DNA from: Phoronis australis
Lineage: Eukaryota > Animalia > Phoronida
Length of the DNA: 64,000 nucleotides
Assembly (NCBI GenBank): GCA_002633005.1
Contig: NMRA01000391.1
Span: 62,001 to 126,000, forward strand
Direction of reading: 5' to 3'
Shown here one piece after another: positions 13,325 through 25,834 of this stretch. Every line of letters starts with the position of its first letter. The stretch's first letter is position 1. Both the position numbers and the translations under genes were made by a program. The notes under the pieces were generated by a model that did not search any database, was not told the DNA's origin, and saw nothing but the letters and a program-made list of their open reading frames with translations.

Positions 13325-15077
13325 AAATCCGACGCTGCCATGTATTCACGGGGGAAGTTGAGATTAAAAATTCATCAAAAACACAAAACATTGCACAGCA
13401 CAGCCATTTGACCCAAACAACCAAAAATTTGAAAAAATACAGTAGGGCTGCCGCCATGATCGAAAGTATGGAATTTTGAAGAGCATGAAGACCACTACTT
13501 GTGAATTACGCAAAAGGAATATTTCCGATGGTTAGTTATAAAATAATGTTACTGTTTCAAGTAGTGTCACAAGAATAGTATCTCTTTTGAAGATGGTTTC
13601 TATGAGTTGTTTGTAAGGAATTCCCACTTGTGGAAAACACTGCTGTCTAAGCTACTATTTGTAATGATCGTGTACTTGTCGAAAGTACTTTAAGAACTCT
13701 CGCAATCATAAACAAAGATTTCAACGGTTTTTTTTGTCAGTGAAGTTCAATTTTACATTGTGAACCGTTATAGGTACCTCTGAAAACGCACTTTAATACG
13801 AATACCCCATCTCCCAAATTCTCCGGCTACCCGTTAACAGTCTGCGAGCATGCATGCGAAAATTGCGCATAACATTCCTGTTTGATAAACAAATTAGTTG
13901 GTTTCTGATTTACTTGTTTATTTATCTACGAACATCGATAGATTCGTAGATGAGTTTGACAATTAGACGCTAATCTTATAAGAATTGGAGATAATTCAAT
14001 GAATTTAATTGCTGCCTGAAGTTGGAAAACTCTATAATCCAATCCCCAAATAGTAAAGTACACTTAGACGATTTTTGCATACCTAAAGATTTGAATAATA
14101 GTATGTACATGTCTCGGCTATAAGTCAAACAGTTGCACAACAACGAAACATACAGTCCCCAATTGTACACAATTCAGTGAAGGGTGTAGTTCCACAACTG
14201 TAGGCAATTGAAGTATTTAAACTGCTGGTTTTATGTGCTAAGAAAATGGTCATTCATACTTCATTTGCATCAAAGAGCGATATGCCATGGTTTGTGAGGA
14301 AAGAACTGTCAGCTCCCAAAAAAAGGAACTGCCATGTATGAGAAAAGAAAAATAGATCACGAGAAAACAAATTCTATTCATTACAAATTGTTAATGACAA
14401 AACCCTTGAGTTATGTGAGGAACAGAGATTACCTACTCTGTACACTGAAAATTCTTACAATTGCGAAGAACTAACAATACACCTGTGCTCCGATAGATTT
14501 CATAACAAAAACGAAACAACATATTAACCTGAAGCAGAGCACTGACATATCAGAGACTTTTTGGTAATAGCCACTTACAGCAGTGCCGGATTTTGAGAGC
14601 CCTTTAATGGTCGGTATTTGAACAGTGGATAAACAATTCTCAAAATGGATGACAACTGACTATTAATGACTTTTCACTCATGCAACATTGTAGAATCGTG
14701 AACATGAAGCTGGACACGCTCAATATTTTTGCATCACCGAGTATCACATCCACATACATGTATGAAACACACCACTGATGGATTTAGGATGCCGCAAGCC
14801 AAAGAACTTCACAACAACCCTCAAAACGGCATGTACGGGCCATTTCTATCATGATCAGGCCCAAACTCCCCACTGACCCCTACCCCTAAATCTGTATTTG
14901 CACCCCAATCAGATTAAAACAAATGTGTCCTAATATAATGCTGAAGTAGATAGCAGGTGTAAATCACTTCGATGTAAAACCCAACTGGCACGGTTGGACG
15001 TCTTTTTTCTGAAAGAAGTCAAATGAAAGCAACTTTTCCAAGTGAATAATCACTACATCCATGGTTAACTTCTCAAG

Positions 15078-15311
15078 TCAGTGGCGGTTGTAAATCGTCT
15101 CAGTGCGAGTGAACCCCAGTTGATAACAGTCACTCATCTCCTTTTTTTGTTTGGTGGCAGATATGGAATCAGTACAAGGACTTGAGTAGAAAACATGGAA
15201 GCCCTGCTTTTCCAGTTGCTTTAGCTGACTAAACTCATGCCGCAGAACCTTGGGGTGCAGGCCATACTGAGAATCTGTGAGAGTTATCTTCATCAGAACC
15301 TGACTTGCGTT
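15078..15311 (-). CDS. METTL24-like terminal exon
   Basis: TTTCAG| NASQVLMKI...LKQLEKQGFHVFYS...SDCYQLGFTRTETIYNRH*. Confidence 0.82.
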   Translation of the reverse strand, partial: NASQVLMKITLTDSQYGLHPKVLRHEFSQLKQLEKQGFHVFYSSPCTDSISATKQKKEMSDCYQLGFTRTETIYNRH

Positions 15312-18300
15312 CTGAAAAAAATGATTATAATGGAGCAAACATCAGTCTGGACTGTGAGGTCACTTTGGCCAATGGGAAGAGTGCAGTTTTATCCCAAAGG
15401 TGGTGTTGTGGCATGCCAGCTGTACCATCAAATAATTTGGTTGTCAAAGACTGATCGACTGCTGACAGTTTGCAAAGCTGAATGAAGCATGATATGAGTT
15501 ACTCATCAACAGGTAAAAATCATTTTTTGCTTAATCACTGGTGATCTACGAACAAGGGTTTTCAAAAATAGCCTTTACAGCTGTATTTTCTAACAAAACA
15601 TTATTAACAATTTCGTATTCAGTTTTTAAAATTATTACTGAACTGACAACAAACTGAAATGAGCAAATAAAATAAGTAAAGTGCACATTAGTCACATTCG
15701 ATACTTGTGCCATCTACAAAGCCCAACTCAACTGACCACAAGGGCTCCACCATCCAACAGGGTTTGCAGCAGGCTCCACTCCAGGTGACTTGGCAGGTTG
15801 ATTTCAACCACGCTCACATGACTTTGTAAGGAAAGTTCCCTAACAACTGTAGACACATCCAATCGCTTCCTAGATAAAAAATGTTGACAGGGAATGATAT
15901 CATCTGCCAGCGCCCTCAACATGATTGATCTTTGAACAAATAGCATCCGCAGAAGTGTCACATGGAGTTGAAACGTCACTACACACTTAAAACTACAGAA
16001 TTGTACTGGTGACATTTGATTGGAAATTATGTCACCAACATGTAGTAGCAAATACTTACCTGGAATGAAGAGACTAGTTCCCATAACCCTCTGCTTTGGG
16101 ATGAATAAGAACTAAGCTCCTCGGTTTAGGAATTGGCAGAAAATACTAAGAATGACATACACTAGTCAAGTTTCAACAAAATGTATCTCTTATTTTATAT
16201 AAATGATTCATTGATTAGACAAGCTACAGACTTACTTGTCATCTGATACCAGTGAGCTAACTGTTAATGTTGGAGAGGTTGGGTCAGCCGTGCTGTATCC
16301 CGGAACAAAATGGCGGACATCACATGACTTGTCCTCAAGGAGGTCACTTTTTATTGCCCTTTCCAGGAAACGTTGATGACTGCTTGAGCTAGAAACAGGT
16401 ATGAGCATTATACTGTAGCAGTGAGCACTAGTCTGTCTTAAAATTGAAGGGTACCTTCGTGTTTTTTTACTAGCTTAAAGCACAAATTATGTTACCGGTA
16501 GTACTCCTTAATTGAAATAAAGTTTAAATATTCCAAGAGTCTATGCACTAATGGAGCCTTCAATGGAAAAATCCAGTTTATGGTGTACATCAAAGAAACA
16601 ACTATTACTGATGTTGCACCTTTTGTTTCATGTGATTTAGTGGAATGTTTGTGGAGTACACCAATACAACTTTTTAGATCTTAGAAAATTCACCGTAGAT
16701 TGCGTGAGAGTGATGGACAGACGTACTGTACGAATTGAATTTCTAATATTAAACCATTTGTTGTGTCTAAGATATAAATTCAGAATAATTCCAAATACGA
16801 CACGTAATTGGTGGTCTGCAACTGAAAATATGCGGATTTGCCTTTTGCACGAAGTCACCATTAGGATGTTGACTATTCAAGATTGTTGAGGATGTACATC
16901 AACATCCTAAAACCCTCAATATTTCTTTAAGGATGGTAAAAACATGAATGAAATGGTATCTATTTTGTATTTGACAACTCCTGCCATTCAGGAAAACAGG
17001 ACTTGTGTGTGTTAAGTTTCGGATGCAAATTTGAAACCAGTAAGTAAACATGACTATCCTATTAAATAACAAAATCAGAACACCTTCAAAATATGAACAC
17101 ATGTTCAAAGTGTAAATACATGTTAAAATGTGAATATGAGTTCAAATCATTACTATTGCAATAAAAAATATTTTTTATTAATATTTGATTGTAGAATTAG
17201 GACTTGCCCTCAACTTATCATCTGGGCCACATAGCTAATGGTACTGATGTCCGCTCATGTTAATAATCAAGTTGGTGTTTTAAAGTTTTTAATAATTGAA
17301 GATGTATAACAAAATTCAGCAGACAATTGGTTCAAAATGGTTTAGTTGACAGTATTGACATACGAACTTCATTTTTCGGTCATTGACACAGAAGCTGCCT
17401 TGCAGTGTGAAGGCAACATTACATTAAATGTAGGAATATGAGAAGGTAATGAAATATAATCTATCAGCTACTGGTCCTTATTTGGGATCAACTCAGTCTT
17501 CATTCAGCCTTTTAACTGGCCTTTTCATACAACTGAACTTTTCCTATCAGACATATCTGCTATTTGGAAGCATGGTTGTTTGTGTACTGACAAAGAACTA
17601 TTTGAGATTAACTCAAAAGTATAGTTCTCTGCGTACTGACAGTGAAGAACATAGTTCAAGAATGCAGTTTTCTTTTTTAAGAAATTTGTGTTCTAACTAA
17701 AAATAACAATTTTCACCAAAATGATGGTCACACGATTAAAATGATAGTGTGACCATATTTAATAGACAAAAAACAAACACTCAGTTCAAAATTATTTGAT
17801 GAAATGTGAAAGAACTTCCCACATATTGACAATTACCATAATATTAAACTCATCTTTTTAGAGCTTCTAGGTTACATGTCCATATCTGCTATGTCTGAGA
17901 TGAAGTTCATAGGAAGCATGTTTGGCATTACGAAGTAATTTAGAAGTTGTGTTTATCTCAGTTTAGAGTTAGAGATTTCTGAGCCTCTGAAAGCAGGAGG
18001 CATCAAATAAAACATTTATAAGTTAGAACAAAGATTTGTAAAATCAATGCATCTCTTTCAAGAGTATGTCATGAATGCTGCCTCTTGCTGACAACCCCAC
18101 ACAAATTCCAACACTACTCGCTTGCACATACCTAAAACTGTAGACAATGCACTTGTGCTTATAGAAGTCATCAATACACACAAGCCAGCTCGGTGGAACT
18201 GGAGTCATAACCAGTAGTCGGTTGTCCGTCCATTGTTCAACCTCGTACAACTTGTGACACCAAACACGTTTACTTTGAATGAAGTCCAGCAAGCGCTCCA

Positions 18301-21300
18301 TCTCCAGTTTTTCACTTCCTGTTCAACAGAGGGAGCCGCTGGTTGAATGTAAATCATGTGCGCAACAAAAATTGATTAGAGACTAAGTTTCATTTTCCTG
18401 CTCAAACACACATGATAAGGGATCTGGTAAGAAATCAAGTTCAACAGAAGGAGCTAGTTGTATAATAATATGTGCACATGCTATGAATGACCGTTTCATC
18501 GTTGCCTGAAATCAGACAAGGGCACTGCATCATAGTCATAGACACTACAAGCAAATAATTATTCACAAATGATTTGGAATAGCATTTCTCTGGTTGAATA
18601 TGGATGTGCTTGACAAGGAAACAAGATTCCTCATCAGTCCAAAAGCGGGAACTACAGCATCTGTGCACACAAAGCGGGCATGAAGTTTTACTTAGTGCTT
18701 GCTCAGGAGAGGGTGCTAGGATTTGTTAAACAGATGACTCAGGATTGAGTTTCATTTTCCAACCAAATGAAGGTGCTGATGTAATATCCAGGTATGTATT
18801 ATGATCAGAAGAGAAAAGGTATTTCTCATATACAGATGAAACTGGCTGAATGTGACCATGCCTATTAATTTTACATTTCGGCTGCCCATTAAAATTTTGA
18901 CAGAAAAAGGCAGAGCTCACAAGGATATATTATTGTGTTTGTCCAAAAACACAACCTATGAGCCTGTATGCTGCCATCATCCAAGCAGGACAGCATTAAG
19001 CTTCCCGTAAAATAAACCTGAACCATAAATCTTAAGAATGTATTTATCCTTAAGCCTATGGTCCCAAAATTATCTAAGTAGGACAGAACCCTCATCAAGT
19101 GTGAGGATATAAAATTGGACCCCTACCTAGTCCAGCTGGTGGGTGCATGAGGAATGTGCTAAGACCTGGATCCTTGATCCAGGACAGGTAATAAGAACAG
19201 GACTCCATGAGGGTGACCTGCAGACACAGTGGACTGCTGGCAGACACATGGTAGAGAGCAAACCTAGCCTGGTAAAACAGGTTGTAGAGTGTGCGATACC
19301 AGTTGTAGAGAAGGTCCTCTTCTATTGTATCTGAAAAGAAGCAGAATACGGCATACAATAGGATTGTGAACACATTGAATTCACAAAAGTGTACAGGAGG
19401 TCCTCCTCTATAGTATACAAAAGAAAGCAGGGTGTGGGATACGACCATGACAAAAAAGAGGAAAACTTTCCAGGCGATTTATCGCTCCACAAATAAATAG
19501 GCTTGTTTGATAATGATAAAAAAGAGACAAAAAAGAAGAAACTGGAAATCAAATAAGAGGAAATCAAAACAAAAAAGAAGGAATCCTCTTAAAAGAGAGA
19601 AATTCCGAGCCCCGACAATGGTATTGCCAACACACTCATGCACACAGGTGTACAAGAGCTTAGTCCTCTATTGTATCCGAAAAAGAATAGAGTATGGGAT
19701 ACAATGGGATTGTGAACACTCTCATGCACACAGGTGCTACCCAGTTACAGATCTACAAAGGGGGCTCAAGGGGTTCAAACCCCTTCCCTCAGGGTGCACA
19801 ACCAAAGTGCAAAGAAATCTCCAGTGAGACAAAATCGTAGAATTTGTCACCGTTACAATACTTGTTTAACACCGAGCTTGTTTAAATTAGGAAAGCCCAT
19901 AGTGATGGAGGAGGCGCTAACTTGAGCAAGGGCATTCTGGCACAAGACAATGTAGGGTTTGCTAGTCACAATAAGTGTGGCAACAGAATTTCTCCTGAGA
20001 TGAGCAGTCACTGAGACATGAGTGCTTTTAATTCTAGTTTTAATTTAAATCTTTTACTACATAAATTGAGGATGAAACACAGCTGCACATGTCACGTAAA
20101 TTCATAAAATACACTTACTGATGTGAATATGAAAGTGGAACTGCTTGACACTAGACAGCAATCCATCCCTGATCATGTAATAAATGAGTTCCCACATTTC
20201 AACACCAGAGGCCACTGACCAGATCTTAATGATGTCGATGTGTTTGTGCTTCAGCATTGAGATAATGTCATTGAGAGTATGCTGTGAATATGAGTTCCTA
20301 CTGAAGTCCGCGTAATCATTGGGCACGATCCTTGCTGGCACAAAAAATGTATTGTTGCCAATGAAAAAATAACTGGGCAACATGAAATGTGTAATGATGA
20401 ACACTGGAAAACTGAAATTGGCTGCAAGTGTATGCTCAAGATCAAAGCCGTCCTCTGGACCAAGTCTGAAATGTACAAGAGCAACAGTAATAAGATCATG
20501 TACCCTATAAAACAATTTGATTTGTGCAGCAATGATGCATAACAACTAGTTCAATTTCCACACCTGCACTGACCAGAGAATATTATAAAAACCTTAAAAA
20601 ATGTTTTTCATACTGAAAATGTCACAATAGAACAACAAATGAATGGCTAAAATTGCATAATTATTTTCCATGACCAGTGTCATTGTATCGCCATGACCTG
20701 TTCACTAGCACTTGTGACGCATTTGAATGGATCCCAACTTGTGATCATTAACAATGTCTTTATTGCTTAAATAAGGCTGTGCACTACTGCTCAAGTACAC
20801 CATGTAACAAGGCAGGCCAAATGCACTTAAGATAATGCAACTGCAAGTACATTTAGCACAAAGGCTGTCAGAGCGAATGTGGCACATTTAGGAATTCAAT
20901 TGTGGGGAACATAAATTCCTTATCACACATTGCAATTTCAAATTACATATATCGATGATCAATTTCCATCATTTTTAGTTAATTGCCAAGAACAAGCAGA
21001 ACAGTAATTCCTCACTTATTTAGCGCAATATGGCTGACAAATAAACCTTCTAATTGTTAAATTTCTCCACTCCACAAGAGTAAAAATTAANCATGGTGAA
21101 CAGAGACACCTGGTGGCTGCCAAAAGTATTGCACACAGGCTACTTTTAGTTTTTGACAATATTGGACAAGACACCTAGTTCTTGTCTGTCAATCATCTAA
21201 GTTCTTAACAGGTCCTCCTGGTTGCAATTTGTTTGCAAGTGTTGGATTTTATATTTTAATCTACTAAAAGTAAATAAAAAATTATGGGTCATGGGTTGGA

Positions 21301-22299
21301 GAAATAAATGAAAAATATGGGCGGTGGGTATGAAATAAAAGTGCCTTCCCCCCCTCCCATACAGATTTTGCTGGAACAGCCCTGAGCGAATGTGGCACAT
21401 TTAGGAATTCAATTGTGGGGAACATAAATTCCTTATCACACATTGCAATTTCAAATTACATATATCGATGATCAATTTCCATCATTTTTAGTTAATTGCC
21501 AAGAACAAGCAGAACAGTAATTCCTCACTTATTTAGCGCAATATGGCTGACAAATAAACCTTCTAATTGTTAAATTTCTCCACTCCACAAGAGTAAAAAT
21601 TAAAAACATTTTAGTCTATTACATGCATGATTTGTCACGTGTAAAAATGTTGAAATAGCCTTTCCTAAAATTGCAAAAAGGTAATCAGCCTTTGAAACAA
21701 AATGAATTGCCATTTTGGTAAACTTATTTTTGTGCGAAATAAGTGAATTACTGTACTATTAAGGAAAAAGAATATTTTCCAACACACAGGTAGACCACAA
21801 AGACGAAATGACATTTCAACGCCTTTTTAAAGCCCAGTCCATTTATTGCTCATGTATATAGCAAGGACTTCAGTTTGTTAAAAAAACAATGGTTTGTCAT
21901 CACTCCACGGTTCAAGCCCAATTCCTTATAATGCACATTTTTCAAGTTGATAAAGCCCTGAGCTGACTCAGGCTAATCCACACTAATAAGTCTACAATTT
22001 GAAAATCTTACATACCCGATGGAATACACAACTCCATGGTGTGACTGATCCAGAATTATGCCTGAATTATTGTCAGTGCACAGTGGAAAGGCCATTGACC
22101 GGTTGCCGACGATGAAGGAACTATTGCACATATAGTTCTTGGCATTAAACAGTTTCAGGAGTCGGTATGACTCACTCTCAGCATCCTGTAACACACTCAG
22201 TGGTCGGTAATGACTGGTTGCAAAAAACTCCATCCGTATAAATAGGTAGACACAGACGGAAGAGGTGAGTAGGATTAACCACCCTTTCTTTAGCCTCAT
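15078..22299 (-). CDS. Signal-anchored protein with two tandem METTL24/Methyltransf_22-like domains (spliced; about 513 aa)
   Basis: Minus-strand exons 22299-22016, 20465-20119, 19330-19127, 18318-18132, 16388-16236, 15869-15737 and 15311-15078 join in frame through GT-AG junctions (1542 nt). Hydrophobic N-terminal anchor. METTL24-like motifs occur twice: C...VYSIGLG / TLNDII..HIDIIKI / VKQFHFHIH / WY..L...F.LYH / SC.YLSW, and again C..CIVYSF / LEWSLLQTLL / SQVLMKI / LKQLEKQGFHVFYS / DCYQLGF. The family call is by motif recall, not a database search. Confidence 0.8.
15737..15869 (-). CDS. METTL24-like coding exon 6
   Basis: ATCTAG| KRLDVSTVVREL...HVSVVEINLPSHLEWSLLQTLLDGGAL |GTCAGT. Confidence 0.72.
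16236..16388 (-). CDS. METTL24-like coding exon 5
   Basis: TTCTAG| HQRFLERAI...SCDVRHFVPG... AA|GTAAGT; phases fit both neighbours. Confidence 0.7.
18132..18318 (-). CDS. METTL24-like coding exon 4 (start of domain 2)
   Basis: AACAG| SEKLEMERLLDFIQ...WLVCIDD...CIVYSF AG|GTATG. Confidence 0.8.
19127..19330 (-). CDS. METTL24-like coding exon 3
   Basis: TTTCAG| TIEEDLLYNWYRTLYNLF...ESCSYYLSWIKDP.. G|GTAGG. Confidence 0.85.
20119..20465 (-). CDS. METTL24-like coding exon 2
   Basis: TTTCAG| LGPEDGFDLE...HIDIIKIW...VKQFHFHIHI A|GTAAGT. Confidence 0.85.
20871..21603. repeat. 220-bp direct duplicate (20871-21090 = 21384-21603) across N at 21091
   Basis: Apparently identical sequence; the first copy ends exactly at the N. 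Confidence 0.9.
22016..22299 (-). CDS. METTL24-like coding exon 1 (signal anchor; the exon extends to an acceptor at 22370)
   Basis: MRLKKGWLILLTSSVCVYLFI...FPLCTD...VVYSIG, donor GG|GTATGT. Confidence 0.8.
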
Positions 22300-23772
22300 T
22301 GTGGTTGATGTCCACTTGGCACGACCTCAAGCAAAGTTGGTCATAATACCAACTCAAAGACAACGTTTCACTGAAAATCAAAGCATCACATTTAACACAG
22401 TGTAAAGCAATCACTGACCAAACAATGAACTAAATGGTACAAATGTGTTCTGAATACAGTCTTTGGCTCATACCTATGGCTAAGGGTTAAACTCAATCAA
22501 TGGTGCCGTCAGATACGCTAACTATCAGATTTGGAGAGCATGCATATTGTCAAATTTTGAAGTGTTCCCCAGATATCAGATATCAACAATGGTTGCAATC
22601 TATCATCTTTGTTGCAATGATAACATGTGACATTTCATGGAATCCCAGTTAAAACAAAGACACTTTTTAACGTATGGCCAAGTAAATTGAATTTAGTAAC
22701 ACAATTGAATTAAACTTAATCGCAAGTGTAAAGGACCAAAGCAAATCAAAATAGAACAAAGTCTATTGACAGATCAGTGTGAATTTGTTGGGCTTTAGGG
22801 TTTTAGCCACTTTCATTCAAAAGTTATTGCTAGTTCCCAGTGGTTCTGTCAATACCCACGACCATCAACAACCCAACCACACGGCTAGACACAATTACAA
22901 CAGTCTGTAAATACTTACAATTGCAGGCAGTTTAAGATCAAAGCTTAGTAGAAAACAATTTGGTCTTAATTTTGCAAATCAAAAAAACCTACCTTTGGTA
23001 GTTGCAATGCCTGACAAAGCAAACGCTTTCTTTTCGTCAAACGGGTATAGATAAGCGTAGCCCAATCGCAGTATTTAGTGGCATGTCTGAACTTTCAACA
23101 ATCACTCTTCATCAGGTAGTAGAAATTTTAATTCACATCATTTTCAATTTCTAAGTCTTCTGGAAATTAGACACGGTCTTTTGCTTTGGTACAGTAGTTT
23201 AGCCAAGGTGATGCGTTATTTGCAAAAAATATTCACTCAGGTGTATATGGCATATCAGGACATGCCACCACCTAACCCCATGCAATGTCACTGAAGGGAA
23301 ATTTCAGGACACCATCAATGTTGCAGATACCAGATGGTGCTCCCTGTCACGTATGATGACTTAGAGTGTTGTAAATGGTCTGGTTCTAGGTGTAATGTAC
23401 TCAAATAAAAGCATGCACCTTAATCGCTCACAAATGCTAATGGGCAATTGGATTTTGTTTTTTCAGGGGTCACTGGTTTGATTCATTGAGTCAGAGTAAG
23501 TAAGGTTTCCATGGTAAATAAGTTTCCTAGTATTTAGAAAATCAGCTTGAAGTACACCTTAATGGAAAACAGCACAGTTCAGCAAGCAGGACTTTTTCAT
23601 ATAACTTAAAAATTAATTTGATGCAAATAGAAGTCACTCCAATAAATGATTCTGTCAAATACTGACTTACTCAAATGAAGATTCCCCACATTAACTCAAA
23701 TGGAGATAAAAGTTGGTACTAGTCGGATAGGTGGGTCCATGAATTTACTACCAATGAATAATGAGGGAAACC

Positions 23773-23908
23773 GGGCGGAGCAGCACTGAAAAAAGTGGAG
23801 GGCTATAGCCCCCCAGACCCGTGGTGCACCGCCCATAGACCATGGATGGCACAGCACTGAAAAAAGGGGGGCTATAGCCCCTCAGCCCCCTATCGTGCGC
23901 CACCCATG
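23773..23908. mobile_element. Two tandem mini-MITE copies of about 65 bp
   Basis: Both contain CAGCACTGAAAAAAG..GGGCTATAGCCCC and have inverted ends (CATGGATGGCAC...GCGCCACCCATG). Confidence 0.6.
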
Positions 23909-24780
23909 GGGAGTAACTGGTTAGCAAATCAGGGGCCCTTGTATTCGAGTATTACCGAAAAGTTGACACTGCATGCGCAAGAGTGTTCGGGAATCTCCAT
24001 GGTTCGTGACACCTGCTGCCAACGAACATTTTAACAAAAAGTATAGGTCTGATGTGCCAGCAGCCCTGGTCCAGTTCAGGTGGTGGTATTGTCCTAGCCT
24101 TGGTACAAAGCTGAATACTAAATACACAGCTTGCGCCCATATGGGTAAAAAAGTGGTAGTAAAATCTGACACAAAATTAGTGTCATTAAAAACTAGTCTT
24201 CCTTCAATATACTAATTATTTAACGGTGTTGGAAAAAAATGGCGTTCTACCGTTATTCTGCTGCTAAAGTTGTGAAGTGGTCTTCTGCATTGGCTTTCGG
24301 CACCATGATTGCGTCACCAGTTGGTCAGTTTCTTTTTTCGCCGATTCTTCAATCAACTGCTGTTCTTTCACGAGGTTGCGTACACGTCACAACAAATTAC
24401 TGGAACTGGTTTCTAAGTTTTTAGAATTTCGATACCGAAAAACCGAATTTCAGAACAAATTTTGCTGCTGCGAAGTTGTCACAAAAAATTAGGAAATGGC
24501 GTGTGCGCGTGACACGAGCGTACTGTTTTCAAAATGACAACATACTTTTCATTGTTGCAAAAGGTCGAGAATGAGCAAGAAAATGACGTTTGCTGCATTG
24601 TTTTTCACTTAAACGGTTGTAACGGGCAAGGTGATCGAGCAATTTGGTCGACTCCCAGATTTTGCACGCACCCCGTACGGTCTTTAGCTAAATACATGTT
24701 GAAACAAGTTTCACGGCGAGGTGACGAGTAGAACTACACTGGCTGTCTGCAATTTCGTGGTCTATGGAAGAACACACAGT

Positions 24781-25214
24781 GGTAGCTGCTGTACGTGAAC
24801 TTGGAATCCTGCTTAATCTCAAGATTAAGCAGAAGTGAGTGTTGAGTGAACTTGGAATACGCGAGGCAACTTGACAAATTCAATCAAGTAATCACGTTCA
24901 TGTTCATAAAAATTTGCACTGCACTAAATCAAGTTGCATTTGAATAAAATAATGTCGATTTTAACCAACCTTTTCGACAACGGGCGATCAGTTTCACCAA
25001 ACAATAATCGATTTAACCATTCACATATTCCTCCGGTTCAGCAACACAAGTTACGGTAAAGGAGAAAATGGTTGATCACGAGGCCAATAATTACAAAAAT
25101 TCTTTTCACCAAACAAAAATTTCACCTTTTTGCCTTAAAGAATATTCCATTCCAAGTTCACGCATACGCGATCTTGAGATTAAGAAGAATTCCAAGTTCA
25201 CCCACAGCAGTACC
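24781..25214. mobile_element. MITE with long (about 60-70 bp) modular TIRs
   Basis: Left CTGCTGT..GTGAACTTGGAATCCTGCTTAATCTCAAGAT..GTGAACTTGGAAT; right ATTCCAAGTTCAC..ATCTTGAGATTAAGAAGAATTCCAAGTTCAC..ACAGCAG. Confidence 0.75.
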
Positions 25215-25602
25215 TTGCTGTATTTTGACGATAGTCTTCATACAGCTAGCTCAGTGGCTGGCTAGTACTGACTCTTAGACTTAGACATTGTTAAAACATA
25301 CCTGTCCCTGATTTTAAGAACCACTTGGCATGCACAAAATAAAGGACCTGTTACTCATGGACGAAAGTGGTTCGCAGTGGGGCAATCATAGGAGTAATAT
25401 ATTCTACTTGCCAAAACTAAATCGGCGTCAAGTTTAACATGATTAGGTCAACTGGCAGCATGAACATGAACATTCTGAACATGCATGGTTTAGTTTCTTT
25501 GCCACGTTAAAATTTAGAAGAGACGACAAAACACTGGCTGCCTTATTTTATCTGGGTATTGCAGAGGTTTTATCCACATAAGACGCAATATAATGTACTT
25601 AC

Positions 25603-25834
25603 GAACCAGATAAACAGAGAAAAATATAAAAATTTCACGGGTTTTCAGAAAAGCCACAACAAAACGATTTCCGATTGTGAAGATGCGTTTCAACCAGTCT
25701 TTCGATAGAGGGCGCTGGAGCATTGGCTCGTGCAGAGTGCTGACAGAATAACTCTTCGTTAGGCTGTCTATCGGGGCCCAGGGTCTAATTTCCGATCTCG
25801 ACTCGGTCTTAGGCTCACGTTGTTGCACAAATTT
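25603..25834. promoter_or_regulatory. Putative bidirectional promoter with the first non-coding exons of the METTL24-like gene (-) and DHX57 (+)
   Basis: Divergent GTAAGT donors: minus strand at 25602 and plus strand at 25835. The 230 bp between them is relatively CpG-rich and has a reverse CCAAT (ATTGG, about 25722) and TAGAGGGCGC. Both ATG-bearing exons start with splice acceptors, so upstream exons must exist. Confidence 0.55.
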
